A stretch of DNA of 64,000 nt from Octopus bimaculoides (taxonomy: Eukaryota), in NCBI RefSeq assembly GCF_001194135.2, contig NC_068983.1, positions 23,192,464 through 23,256,463 on the forward strand. Reading direction: 5' to 3'. The notes under the pieces were generated by a model. It searched no databases. It had not been told where the DNA came from and worked only from the letters and a program-made list of their open reading frames with translations. Position 1 is the stretch's first letter; every line of letters begins with the position of its first letter. The translations under genes were made by a program, and so were the position numbers. Positions 1-10,289 of the stretch are shown here, piece by piece.

Positions 1-340
1 TGCCAAAGATGCCATGCAGCAGTTGGACTGACCCCAAGACCATGAAGGTGCAGGCATGGCTGTGTGGTTGCTTCCCAACCACACAGCCTACTAAAAGACA
101 GAAAGAAAGAACCCAAGACCCATTTGTTACCTTTAGATTGGAGAACCGGTCCAAAGCTTGCAACAGGATAGACTCCATTAAAGGCATCCAAGAACAATTA
201 GTAGTGTTAACTAGGGTGATTCATCAAATCTATAAGTCTCTCACCCTACAAATACTCTCTAGCTGTTAGGCGTCCACACAGTTTCTGTTTATTATCTGTC
301 AAACTTCACTCGCAAAATGTATATCAGTGTGAAGCTATTC

Positions 341-710
341 TTTTACTTGTTTCAGTCATTTGACTGCAGCCATGCTGGAGCAACACCTTAAAGGGTTTTT
401 TAGTTGAAGAAATTGACCCCAGGATTTATTCTTTTTTAAGCTTAGTACTTACTCTATCCATCTGCTTTGCTGAACTGCTAAGTTACAGTATAGAAACACC
501 CCAACATTGGTTGTCAAGCAATGATGGGGGAACAAACACACACACATTTATATATATATGATAGGCTTTTTTCAGTTTCTGCCTATCAAATCTACTCACA
601 AGGCTTTGGTCGGCCCGAGGCTATAGTAGAAGACACATGCTCAAGGTGCCAAGCAGTGCAACAGAACCCAGAACCATGTGGTTGGAAAGCAAGTTTCTTA
701 CCACACAGCC
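341..710 (-). mobile_element. Major tRNA-derived SINE family A
   Basis: ttttacttgtttcagtcatttgactgcagccatgctggagca...(CA)n(TA)n...agaagacacatgctcaagg...cttaccacacagcc; shared with several other copies. Confidence 0.88.
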
Positions 711-874
711 ACAAAATCACCCATGTTGCAGCATAGTGTCCCATATAGCTATGGAACAAAGTTCTTAACTACATGGCCATACTTGTGCCAAAACAATATG
801 CAAAATTATATCTACTGAAAAATAAAAGTGAACAAAAATAAATGTTGAAACTCAAGATTCTTTTTCTCTTTTAC

Positions 875-1070
875 CTTGATATAATATTGCTCTTTGACAA
901 AAGAACGGTCAAAGCCAACATTGTGACCAACTATAATTCTTTTCTTCAGCATATTTTGTTTCATACTTTTCTGTGAACTTTTTGACTCCAAAGGAATTAA
1001 GTCTTCCATCTGTGGTTGGGGACTCCATTTAAATTTATCTTCAATTAAATAACCACTGCACCAAGAATAC
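875..1070 (-). CDS. POLG: DNA polymerase gamma catalytic subunit, coding exon 2 (exonuclease domain, Exo II motif); gene continues beyond the left edge
   Basis: Translates (W)YSWCSGYLIEDKFKWSPQPQMEDLIPLE...IIVGHNVGFDRSFVKEQYYIK, matching POLG YSWCS...VGHNVSFDR...EQY. Acceptor ttttacag|G at 1071/1070 and donor AAG|gtaaaa at 875/874. The 196-nt exon completes the split Trp codon of the upstream exon. Confidence 0.97.
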
Positions 1071-1296
1071 CTGTAAAAATATATCAAGTAATGAGTGCGT
1101 GTTTTGAAGATATCATATTGACTTGTAGATGATCAGGAAAGATGTGTAAACAATTGAATCAAGATCTATTTTACTGGCATCTATTTTATTGATCTCACCA
1201 AAGAATGAAGTTCTAAACTGACCTTAGCAGGATTCAAACTCAGAATACAGAAATCCAACATCTAGTCCCCTATCATGTCATCTCTTTTCAAGGTTT

Positions 1297-1669
1297 CATC
1301 ATCATCATTATCATCCTCGTTTAACGTCTGCTTTCCATGCTAGCATGGGTTGGACGATTTGACTGAAGACTGGTGAACCAGATGGCTACACCAGGCTCCA
1401 ATCTGATTTGGCAGTTTCTACAGCTGGATGCCCTTCCTAACACCAACCACTCCGAGAGTGTAGTGGGTGCTTTTTACGTGCCACCGGCACAAAGGCCAGT
1501 CAGGCAGTACTGACAACGGCCACGCTCAAAATGGTGTATTTTATGTGCCACCCGCACAAGAGCCAGTCCAGGGGCACTGGCAACGATCTCGCTCGAAAGT
1601 CCTTACACATGCCGCGGGCACAAGTGCCAGAAAGGTGACGCTGGGCACAGGTGCCATCACAATTTCGCT
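1297..1669 (-). mobile_element. RTE LINE 3'-end fragment
   Basis: (CAT)n followed by cgtttaacgtctgctttccatgctagcatgggttggacg..., the same 3' UTR as the 52678 element. Confidence 0.9.
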
Positions 1670-1764
1670 AAAACAGTTGCAGGAATGGTTATCACTTTGA
1701 AGTAAATTGAAATGATTGTCTCTACTAATGAAGAATTTTCACATTGTAGCATTTATCTTCTATC

Positions 1765-2135
1765 TTTTACTTGTTTCAGTCACTAAACTGCAGCTATGGT
1801 GGGGCACTGCCTTGAAGAATTTTTAGTCAAACAAATCGACACCCTGTGTTTATTTATTTTTTAAACCTGGTACTTAATTTATTGGCATATTCTGCTGACC
1901 TGCTAAGTTATGGGGATGTAAATGAACCAACACAGGCTGTTAAGCAGTGGTGACACACACACACACAGACATATAAATATATGACTGGCTTTCCTCAGCT
2001 TCCATCCACTAAATCCACTCACAAGGTCGGCCCAAAGCTACAGTTGAAGACAACTGCCCAAAGTGCCAAGCAGTGGGACTGAACTCAGAACCATGTGGTT
2101 GGGAAGCAAACGTCTTACCACACAGCCACACCTAC
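1765..2135 (-). mobile_element. SINE family A copy
   Basis: Same modules as 341-710, diverged. Confidence 0.85.
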
Positions 2136-2460
2136 ATAAAAAAATCTGTTTTTATCCCAAGACCAAACTAGAGCTATAAGAATATTTGGCAGGGAATTAA
2201 CAGCTATTATTTATATGATGGGATTCTTTCAGTTTCCATCTATCAAATCTACCCACAAGGTTTTGGTCAACCTGGAGTTACTGTAGAACACACTTGCCCA
2301 AAGTGCTCTGCAGCAGGATTGAACCTGAAACCATTGGTCAGGAAGCAAATTTCTTAAACCACACAACCATTTTACATGGAAGTAAATGGACTACTCAAGA
2401 ATTTGAAAGTGAATTAGTTTGTGAAAGAAAGAATTATGAATCTCATCATCATTGTCATTT

Positions 2461-2900
2461 AGTATAGCTGGATGCCCTTCCTAATGCCAACCACTCCAAA
2501 AGTGTAATGGGTGCTTTTTACATGCCAGTTACATGACACTGGCATTAGCTGGCTTAATGAGTCTTCTCAACCATGGTGTATTGCCAACAGTCTCAATCAC
2601 TTGTCATCACCTCCATGAGGCCCAACGTTCAAAGGGTGCCTTTTACATGCCACCGGCACAGGTGCTAGTTATGTGACCAGGAATCAGCTAGGACTACAAT
2701 TTCACTTGGCTTGACAGGTCTTCTCAAGCTCAGCATAACACCAAAGGTCTCGATCACTTGCCATTGCCTCGTTGAGGCTCAGCATTCAAAGATCATGCTT
2801 CTCCACCTCATCTTATGTCTTCCTGGGTCTTCCTCTCACACGGCTTCCTTTCACAGTTAGAGATCAGCACTTCTTTACACAGCTGTCCTCATCCATCATT
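2461..2900 (-). mobile_element. Older, diverged RTE 3' fragment including ORF C-terminus
   Basis: agctggatgcccttcctaatgccaaccactcc core plus tcttcctgggtcttcctct (antisense RGRP-x-x-W codons). Confidence 0.7.
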
Positions 2901-3811
2901 GTGTACAATATGATATGAATGGTGAGAAAGACCGAAGAAATTTAGCAAAATAAAATTAACAAATGTAACAAGGAAGTGAAATTTATGACACAACGTTTGT
3001 GACATCTGAATCCTTTCTAATGGCTTTAGTGACATAAATAAAGTAAAACAGCTGCAGCCAGTAATTAACAGTAGATTATAGTGTCATCTCAGAGGTGTAA
3101 CCTTTACTTTATAGTGACTACATATAACTGGACAATATTGAAACAGTAGAGGTATTATCGTTATTATTATTATATTTATGCTGAACAGCGGCTGTTGCAT
3201 GTGAGATGGATCCACTTTCAACCAAGTCCATAGTGATGATTGCACCACTTTGCTTTCTAATTTGCTTTCCATTCTTTCTAGGTTGATAGAACAAGTACCA
3301 GTCAAACACTGGGGTCAATGTAATCAGTCTTTGTGCCTCTAGTAGAAAGGATTACTATTAAGGCCATGAATTGACAGAATCATTAGCACACCAGATAGAA
3401 TGTTCAGGGCATTTTGCTCATCTTTATGCTCCATGTTCAAATTCTGCCAGGGTCCACTTTGCCATTCATCCTTTCGGGATTGATAAAATAAGTACCAGTT
3501 GAGTACTGGGGTCAATGCAATCAACTTCCTTTTAAAATTATACTAAACTTAAAATCATTACTAATCTATGTTATTTCCCAATTCCATAAGAGATGTTGTA
3601 CAACTCTAAACTGGCCAATCAGCTTCACCGTTGGTCCCTATGAAGCAGTTCCACTAAATATAATAGTGCAGCTGACAAGTTCCAAATACATTTTATAAAT
3701 TAACAATGAGCTAGTAGAATACTCAGTGCTTAGTACTGGATCTAGTCTTATTCAACATAGACATTCATCAACTCAACTCAACCTAGCTTGGTAGCCTTCA
3801 TTTCAATGTCT

Positions 3812-4300
3812 ATCATCATCATCATCGTTTAATGTCCGCTTTCCATGATAGCATGGGTTGGACGATTTGACTGAGGACTAGCAAGCCAAAAGGCTGCACC
3901 AGGCTCCAATCTGATCTGGCAGAGTTTCTACAGCTGGATGCCCTTCCTAACACCAACCACTCCGAGAGTGTAGTGGGTGCTTTTATGTGCACCGGTACGA
4001 GGGCCAGTCACACGGTACTGGCAACGGCTACGCTCAAAAAGGTGTTTTTTTCGTGCCACCTGCATTCGAGCCAGTCCAGCGGCACTGGCAACAACCTCGC
4101 TCGAATGATTTTCTAACGTGCCACCAGCAGAAGTGCTAGAAGGCAACTCTGGTAATGATCACACTCAAATGGTGCTATTTATGGGCCACTAGCTCGGAAG
4201 CCAGACAGCTGCTCTGGCAATGGACACGCTTGGACAGTGCTGTTAGTGCTCCACTGGCGCAGGTGCCAGTCATCGAGTATGGTTCAATTACGATTTCACT
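3812..4300 (-). mobile_element. RTE LINE 3'-end fragment
   Basis: (CAT)n tail and the shared 3' UTR with GTGCCA/TGGCAC modules. Confidence 0.9.
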
Positions 4301-4944
4301 TTAGATTACTATTAAATTCACAGTGCATTCCACATTTTTTTTCCAGTATATTAAACTTAGAACAGCTCTATCAGCCAATAACAACAAAAATATAAATGAA
4401 TAATCAAAACCAAAAAACCCCAAAAGGTAGAAATAATTCTTCTACCTAATTACCACCTAATAATCATTGATGAAACCAGCTATCATGATGTTAGGGACAT
4501 GATTATTATCATCATCATTTTAATAAACTTTTGCAAGCTCACATGGGTCCAATGGAATTTGTTCAAGCAGATTTTCTATAGACAGATGCTCTTCCTGTCG
4601 TCAGCCCTCACCTGTTTCCAAATAAGCTAATGTTTCCCCTGACCAAACATGCTTTCACAGAAGATTGGAAACAAAAGCACACTGCTGGCCTGATGGTGAC
4701 ATTCACAACTATCATGCAATGTATCTAAAGGAGACAATAACATACACGTACAATGAGTTTCTTTCAGTTTCCGTCAACCAAATCCACTCACAAGGCTTTA
4801 GCTGACACAGAGCCATTGCAGAAATATTGGTCCAATACAGTTTTTTTTCTATGACCCACACCCACAAAAAAGGCTTCATTAATTTTTCCCATCAAAACAA
4901 AATATCATATTTGAAGAAGGAAAGTCAATTTTCTCATAACTAAT

Positions 4945-5293
4945 TCACGTTGATGGCACCTGTGCCCAGTGTCGCCTACCTGGCACTTGTGCCGGTGGCA
5001 CGTGTAAAGACATTCGAGCGAGATCGTTGCCACTGGTTCCTGTGCAGGTGGCATGTAAAAAACACCATTTTGAGCATGGCTGTTGCCAGTACCACCTGAC
5101 TGGCCTTCATGCCGGTGGCATGTAAAAGCACCCACTACACTCTCGGAGTGGTTGGCGTTAGGAAGGGCATCCAGCTGTAGAAACATTGCCAGATTGGATT
5201 GGAGCCTGGTGTAGCCATCTGGTTCGCCAGTCCTCAGTCAAATCGTCCAACCCATGCTAGCATGGAAAGCGAAACGATGATGATGATGATGAT
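4945..5293 (+). mobile_element. RTE LINE 3'-end fragment (opposite orientation to neighbours)
   Basis: Ends ...ccaacccatgctagcatggaaagcgaaacgatgatgatgatg. Confidence 0.9.
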
Positions 5294-6675
5294 AAACTTA
5301 AATTCTATACAGCATTGTGAACAAACAAAGCAAACACGAAAATTGCAGCAAAGCCACATGATAGTGGTGTCAGATGTGACAAGCAGACCGTCATATAACT
5401 TGTTTTATTCTTCTCTTCCATTTATTTTGACATGCACATTGCATTTTTACTCTTCTCTTCCATTTTACAAATTCAGTGTGCACAGATGCATTGTGTGTTC
5501 ATACTTCGCTTTCTGGTTCCTACTCAAAACTTTACATATCACAACCATATCATGAACCTGTGTTTGTGAGGAGTGCTTCATGGTCCAATGGTGGCAAAAA
5601 AACCCCAAAAAAACTTTTGACTCATCATTTTAATATCCACTTTTCTGTGCTTGCATGGGTCAGACAGAGTGAGTTTATTGAGGCATATTTTCTACAGCTG
5701 GGTGCCCTTCCTGTCATTAACCCTTACCCATTTCCAAGCAAGGTAATATTTCCCCTGTAGCTAGACAGGAAAAAAACAAGTTTTTGCAGAATAGTGTAAA
5801 TGAATGACATTCATTCACAACAATCATGCTATGTCAAGATAATGAGACACAAACATACCCATACACCCCATCTCAAATACTCCCCCCCCCACTCACTCAC
5901 ACTTAGTAGTATGGGTATTTTCCTTTCCTTTTCCTCTCTATCTTGCAAGTCACTTGGCAACCTCACTAATGTGAGTGGAATACTGTAAAGAGGTTGGTAT
6001 TAGGAAGAACATCCAGCCATAGAAACCATGCCAAAGCTGACACTGGAGCTTGGCATTGCCTAGTAACTCACTGGATCTTGTCAAACTGCCTATTATGGAA
6101 AAACAGACATTAAATGGTAATGATGATGATTATGTATGTATGTATGTATACATATGACAGGCTTCTTTCAGTTTCCATCACCCAAATACACTCACAGGGC
6201 TTTGGTTGACTTGTGGCTATAATAGAAAACATTTGTCAAAGATGCCAAATGTAATGAGGACACAGTTCTTGATCATACTCTGTTACAAATTAAATCTTTA
6301 TATGTAGATTGATAAAATTCTTGGTATGCTTAGTATAAGGAGGTCAGTTTTAAGAGTGAATGGAGGTGCTAAACTAGGAAATGGATTAAGTTCCTCAACC
6401 CAAAAATAAGTGCAGACCAGCCGGTGGCCTTTAGCAGTTTCTGTTTACCTAATTTCATTCAGAAAGCTTGGATTGATCTGAAACTAGGACAGAAAACATT
6501 TCCCCATGGTGCTGCAAAATGAGATTGAATACTGAACTACTAGACTGCAAGCAGAGTTTATAACCATTTGAGCATGCATATACCTATCTGTATTGTGTCT
6601 TGGAACCACACATAGTCTGACAAACATACCAGTGGGTTTGTTATAGGTTTCTTCATTGTTAATTTAGAAAAAGTG

Positions 6676-7060
6676 GAGGCACAATGGCCCAGTGGTTAGG
6701 GTAGCAGACTCGCGGTCATAGGATCGCTGTTTCGATTCCCAGACTGGGCGTTGTGAGTGTTTATTGAGCGAAAACACCTAAAGCTCCACGAGGCTCCGGC
6801 AGGGGATGGTGGCGAACCCTGCTGTACTCTTCCACCACAACTTTCTCTCACTCTTACTTCCTCTTTCTGTTGTGCCTGTAATTCAAAGGGTGAGCCTTGT
6901 CGCTCTGTGTCACGCTGAATATCTCCGAGAACTACGTTAAGGGTACACATGTCTGTGGAGTGCTCAGCCACTTGCACGTTAATTTCACGAGCAGGCTGTT
7001 CCGTTGATTGGATCAACTGGAACCCTCGACGTCGTAAGCGACGGAGTGCCAACAACAACA
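6676..7060 (+). mobile_element. Young full-length tRNA-derived SINE with (AAC)n tail and target-site duplication
   Basis: Head gaggcacaatggcccagtggttaggg (A box) ... tttcgattcc (B box); tail gagtgccaacaacaac; flanked by aatttagaaaaag / aatttagaagaaag; CpGs retained. Confidence 0.88.
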
Positions 7061-7123
7061 ATTTAGAAGAAAGAACATTAGTATAAATAAAAATTAAGTA
7101 AAAAAAAAAAAATCTATACAAAC

Positions 7124-7689
7124 CAATATTTGGTGCCTGCTGCTGTTGCAAGAGTTGGGAAGCCGCCATCATTCATCAAACACTCAATATCAAATACTAA
7201 AGCTTCTTCGTCAGGATAATCAATACTTGTAGCTGTACCGGTTGCGTCATATCTTGTCCAACCTTTATGAAAGCACCACTCATTTGGTTGTGGAGGTAAA
7301 GTAGTATTTTTTAGTCGATTAAGGAATTCAACATAATCCGATATTTGTCTCTGAGCAATGTTACGGAAGTGTTCATCAATATCACTTCCTTGTAATTTTG
7401 GAAGCTTGAAGCTAACATCTGGTATTACAGTTGGCGTACCATGCAGTAGGTTGTGTCTTCTGAGGTGTTCAAGAGAGAGATTAACTTTTTCCTGATCAAC
7501 TGGTGTCCTTTCAGGAAATATTTGCTGGTGAAGATTTTCTGATAACATCTGGATTCTAATTGCACTCATGCAGGGCTGAGTACTTTCAGAACTTCGTCGA
7601 GCAATGGTCTTGTGTAAATACCTTCTTTGGCACCATCTTAGGCCACTGGTATATAATACCCTCCATTGACTCATTATTTTCCTTTTCAT
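7124..7689 (-). CDS. POLG: DNA polymerase gamma catalytic subunit, first coding exon (mitochondrial targeting peptide, N-terminal domain, Exo I motif)
   Basis: ATG at 7689. The Arg-rich, acid-poor N-terminus is followed by IQMLSENLHQQIF...HFRNIAQRQ...GWTRY...LVFDIECL...PTLATA, the POLG N-terminal and Exo I (FDxE) signature. Phase-2 donor TG|gtttgt at 7124/7123. An acceptor ttttag| at 7693/7692 lies 3 nt before the ATG, implying an upstream non-coding exon. Confidence 0.97.
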
Positions 7690-8263
7690 CAACTAAAACA
7701 GACAATACCTTCTTTTAATAAGACATAAGGTTAATTTTGTATGATGGTGAGGGAGGGGTTAAAAGGTATTGTTGATTAAATTAGTCTGTTACAGTTTACT
7801 ATAAATATACGCAGCTGGTATTTATTGTGTTGCTACGAAGAGTTTCATGTTATTACATGTTTTGTTATGCAACAAAGGCTATTATTAATTGAAGGCTTTG
7901 GAAATTTTGAAAATAAGTCAAGATTCTGATTTTAGGACATGAAGCACTAAGTAGATATACAAGAAGTACCAGTTACATACGGTACAATGGAAATTATATA
8001 TTTTCTTCCATTTGAGATGCAAAGAATATACATAAATATATGTGTGCGTGTATATATACATATATGTGTGTATGATTTTTTACAAGAATACACATGAACT
8101 TTAACAAGAAAAAGGTCGACAGTGACTTCAAAGTTTCAGTTAGCTTGTCTTCATCAGGTTATCTGAAGGCAAGCAAGCAATTACTTCAAAGTCACTGCAA
8201 CCAAAACATAAATATATGTTTATATTTAAAGCTGTAAAAACAGCAGACAATGATTGGATTTTT

Positions 8264-8426
8264 ACTACACTCTGAGTGGTTGGCATTAGGAAGGGCATCC
8301 AGCTGTAGAAACTCTGCTAAATTTAGATTGGAGCCTGGTGTTGCCATCCGGTTTCACCAGTCCTCAGTCAAGTCGTCCAACCCATGCTAGCATGGAAAGC
8401 GGACGTTAAACGATGATGATGATGAT
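8264..8426 (+). mobile_element. RTE LINE 3'-end fragment
   Basis: Ends ...ggaaagcggacgttaaacgatgatgatgatgat. Confidence 0.9.
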
Positions 8427-8479
8427 CCAATCTTTGTCTGTTGTTACTTACAGCTTTACTTATCAATGCTTCCAAAGTT

Positions 8480-8514
<35 letters not shown>

Positions 8515-8740
8515 ATATTTGATTAATGAGGGAGACAGAAGATGGAAGATACAAGAAAGTTTATTGATCACTACAATTGTTTTGACCCATCTAGCATTGA
8601 TCCCTCACATGATATCATGTTTAAGAGTATTCGATGCAGATGTGTTTCCTCAGGTGATTACAAGCTGTATTTTATTAAAATAACATCTGTTCTACAAGAT
8701 TTCTTCTTGGTATTTGTATATAAAAGCAGCAAATTAAGAG

Positions 8741-8901
8741 ATCATCATCATCGTTTAATGTCCGCTTTCCATGCTAGAATGGGTTGGACGATTTGACTGA
8801 GGACTGGTGAACCAGATGGCTATACCAGGCTCCAGTCTGATTTGGCAGAGTTTCTACAGCTGGATGCCCTTCCTAACACCAACTACTCCAAGAGTGTAGT
8901 G
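8741..8901 (-). mobile_element. RTE LINE 3'-end fragment
   Basis: atcatcatcatcgtttaatgtccgctttccatgc...gagtgtagtg. Confidence 0.9.
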
Positions 8902-9329
8902 AATACAGCTTCATTATCCTAGAAGATCAATAACAAACATCAGATGCAAAAAGAAACAAATACACAATACAGCGCAAAAAGTATGAGATATAACCATTAG
9001 TAGATGTGGATGTAGATGTTTAGTATCTGACCCATGCTAGAGGGGCTGAAACATTTGTAGTAATCAATAAACTTTCTTGTATCTTCCTTCATCACTGATT
9101 CCACACCTCCATACTTTAAATGACTAAACATGAACTGCTTTTGGATCTTACATACCAATGTACAGGAAACTTTTTTTACCACTTCTATACACCATTTTCC
9201 TCGGATAATGGAACTCCAACTACAATATCTTTATATATCTTATTTCTACTTTCATTCTCTTATTTCCCCTCTATATTCCCTATCTCCTCCTTTTCCATAA
9301 TAATTCAAACTCAGATATTTTCTCACACT

Positions 9330-9377
9330 GTCTCTGATGAAGGAATATCCATAATATTCCAGAAACAGCTGTAAGAC
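9330..9377 (+). ncRNA. Minimal type I hammerhead ribozyme motif of Penelope-like-element type
   Basis: GUCU-CUGAUGA-A-GGAAUAU(CCAUA)AUAUUCC-A-GAAA-C(AGCU)G-UA/AGAC: intact core, 7-bp stem II, palindromic ACAGCUGU stem III, GUA cleavage triplet, 4-bp stem I. Confidence 0.7.
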
Positions 9378-9759
9378 TATTTCATTATAAATGTCCTGAA
9401 AGCTCCTCACAGCCTTGGCTTTGTTATCTCATTCTGCATAATATATATATATATATATGCATGCTAATAGAAGACCCACATTAAACTCCTCACTCGTATC
9501 ATTATCAAACCAAAAATTTTAACTACAGTCTGTCCACAGCACTTACTTAGTGTTACCAGACACTCTTTGGATCTTCTAGACACCAATACCTCTCATATAT
9601 ATATACATATATATGCTTCCCCAACCATCGCTTGACAACCAGTGTTGGTGTTTTTACATCCCCATAACTTAGCAGTACTAGGCTTACAAAGAATAAGTCC
9701 TGGGATTGATTTGTTCAACTAAAGGCAGTGCTCCAGCATGGCTGCAGTCAGCTGACTGA

Positions 9760-9790
<31 letters not shown>

Positions 9791-9847
9791 TGATGTCCTA
9801 AGAATTTAATCAATATTTGAGAGAAGGTGAAAATTCTTTCTTAGATT

Positions 9848-10123
9848 ATTGGCTCTCAAGGCACATCACATAAAGCTACAAAGAATAGCATGTAAATATT
9901 GGGTTGAAGAATCCTTTTGAATAGATAAGTTAAAAGCTGCCTGTGGGACTCAAACCCACATTTCCTGTAGACAGGTGTTCAATCAATAGACCAAAGCAAC
10001 CCTTCGAATTTCTTCATTATAGAGTCCCAAGGGCAGCCTTTGACTTCTATATAAAAGGGTTTTGCAACCCAATATTAACATGCTATTATTTATAGTTTTA
10101 TGTGATGTGCCTTGAGAACCAAT
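9848..10123. mobile_element. Fold-back element with ~103-bp inverted arms and a tRNA-like loop
   Basis: 9848-9951 (attggctctcaaggcacatcacataaag...gggactc) is the reverse complement of 10022-10123 with scattered mismatches. The minus strand 10003-9937 folds like a tRNA with T-arm GTGGG-TTTGAGT-CCCAC. Confidence 0.75.
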
Positions 10124-10289
10124 GTCTCCAAAAAAATGGAAAAAGCACTGGATACTGCGATCTTAGATACATTATTTTTTATATGAAAAGCGCGATGGTT
10201 ACAGTTGGAACAACAGCAACAAAAGAAAAGTTTGGTAAATTTTCAGAGTAACACCCGCACTAAGAAAAAAAAAAAAAAAACTCGCATTA

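Noticed and set aside
58-88. Perfect 13-bp hairpin ggctgtgtggttg/caaccacacagcc
   Set aside because: Junction of two oppositely oriented SINE family A head fragments; no independent function evident.
6696-7172. 158-aa minus-strand ORF with QLLQQQQ start, overlapping POLG
   Set aside because: It starts in another frame of the POLG exon, runs through the donor into poly-T intron sequence and the antisense SINE; no protein-like features.
9937-10003. Possible tRNA gene
   Set aside because: Anticodon loop collapsed to 4 nt, T-loop mutated, and embedded in a fold-back repeat; reported as tRNA-like only.
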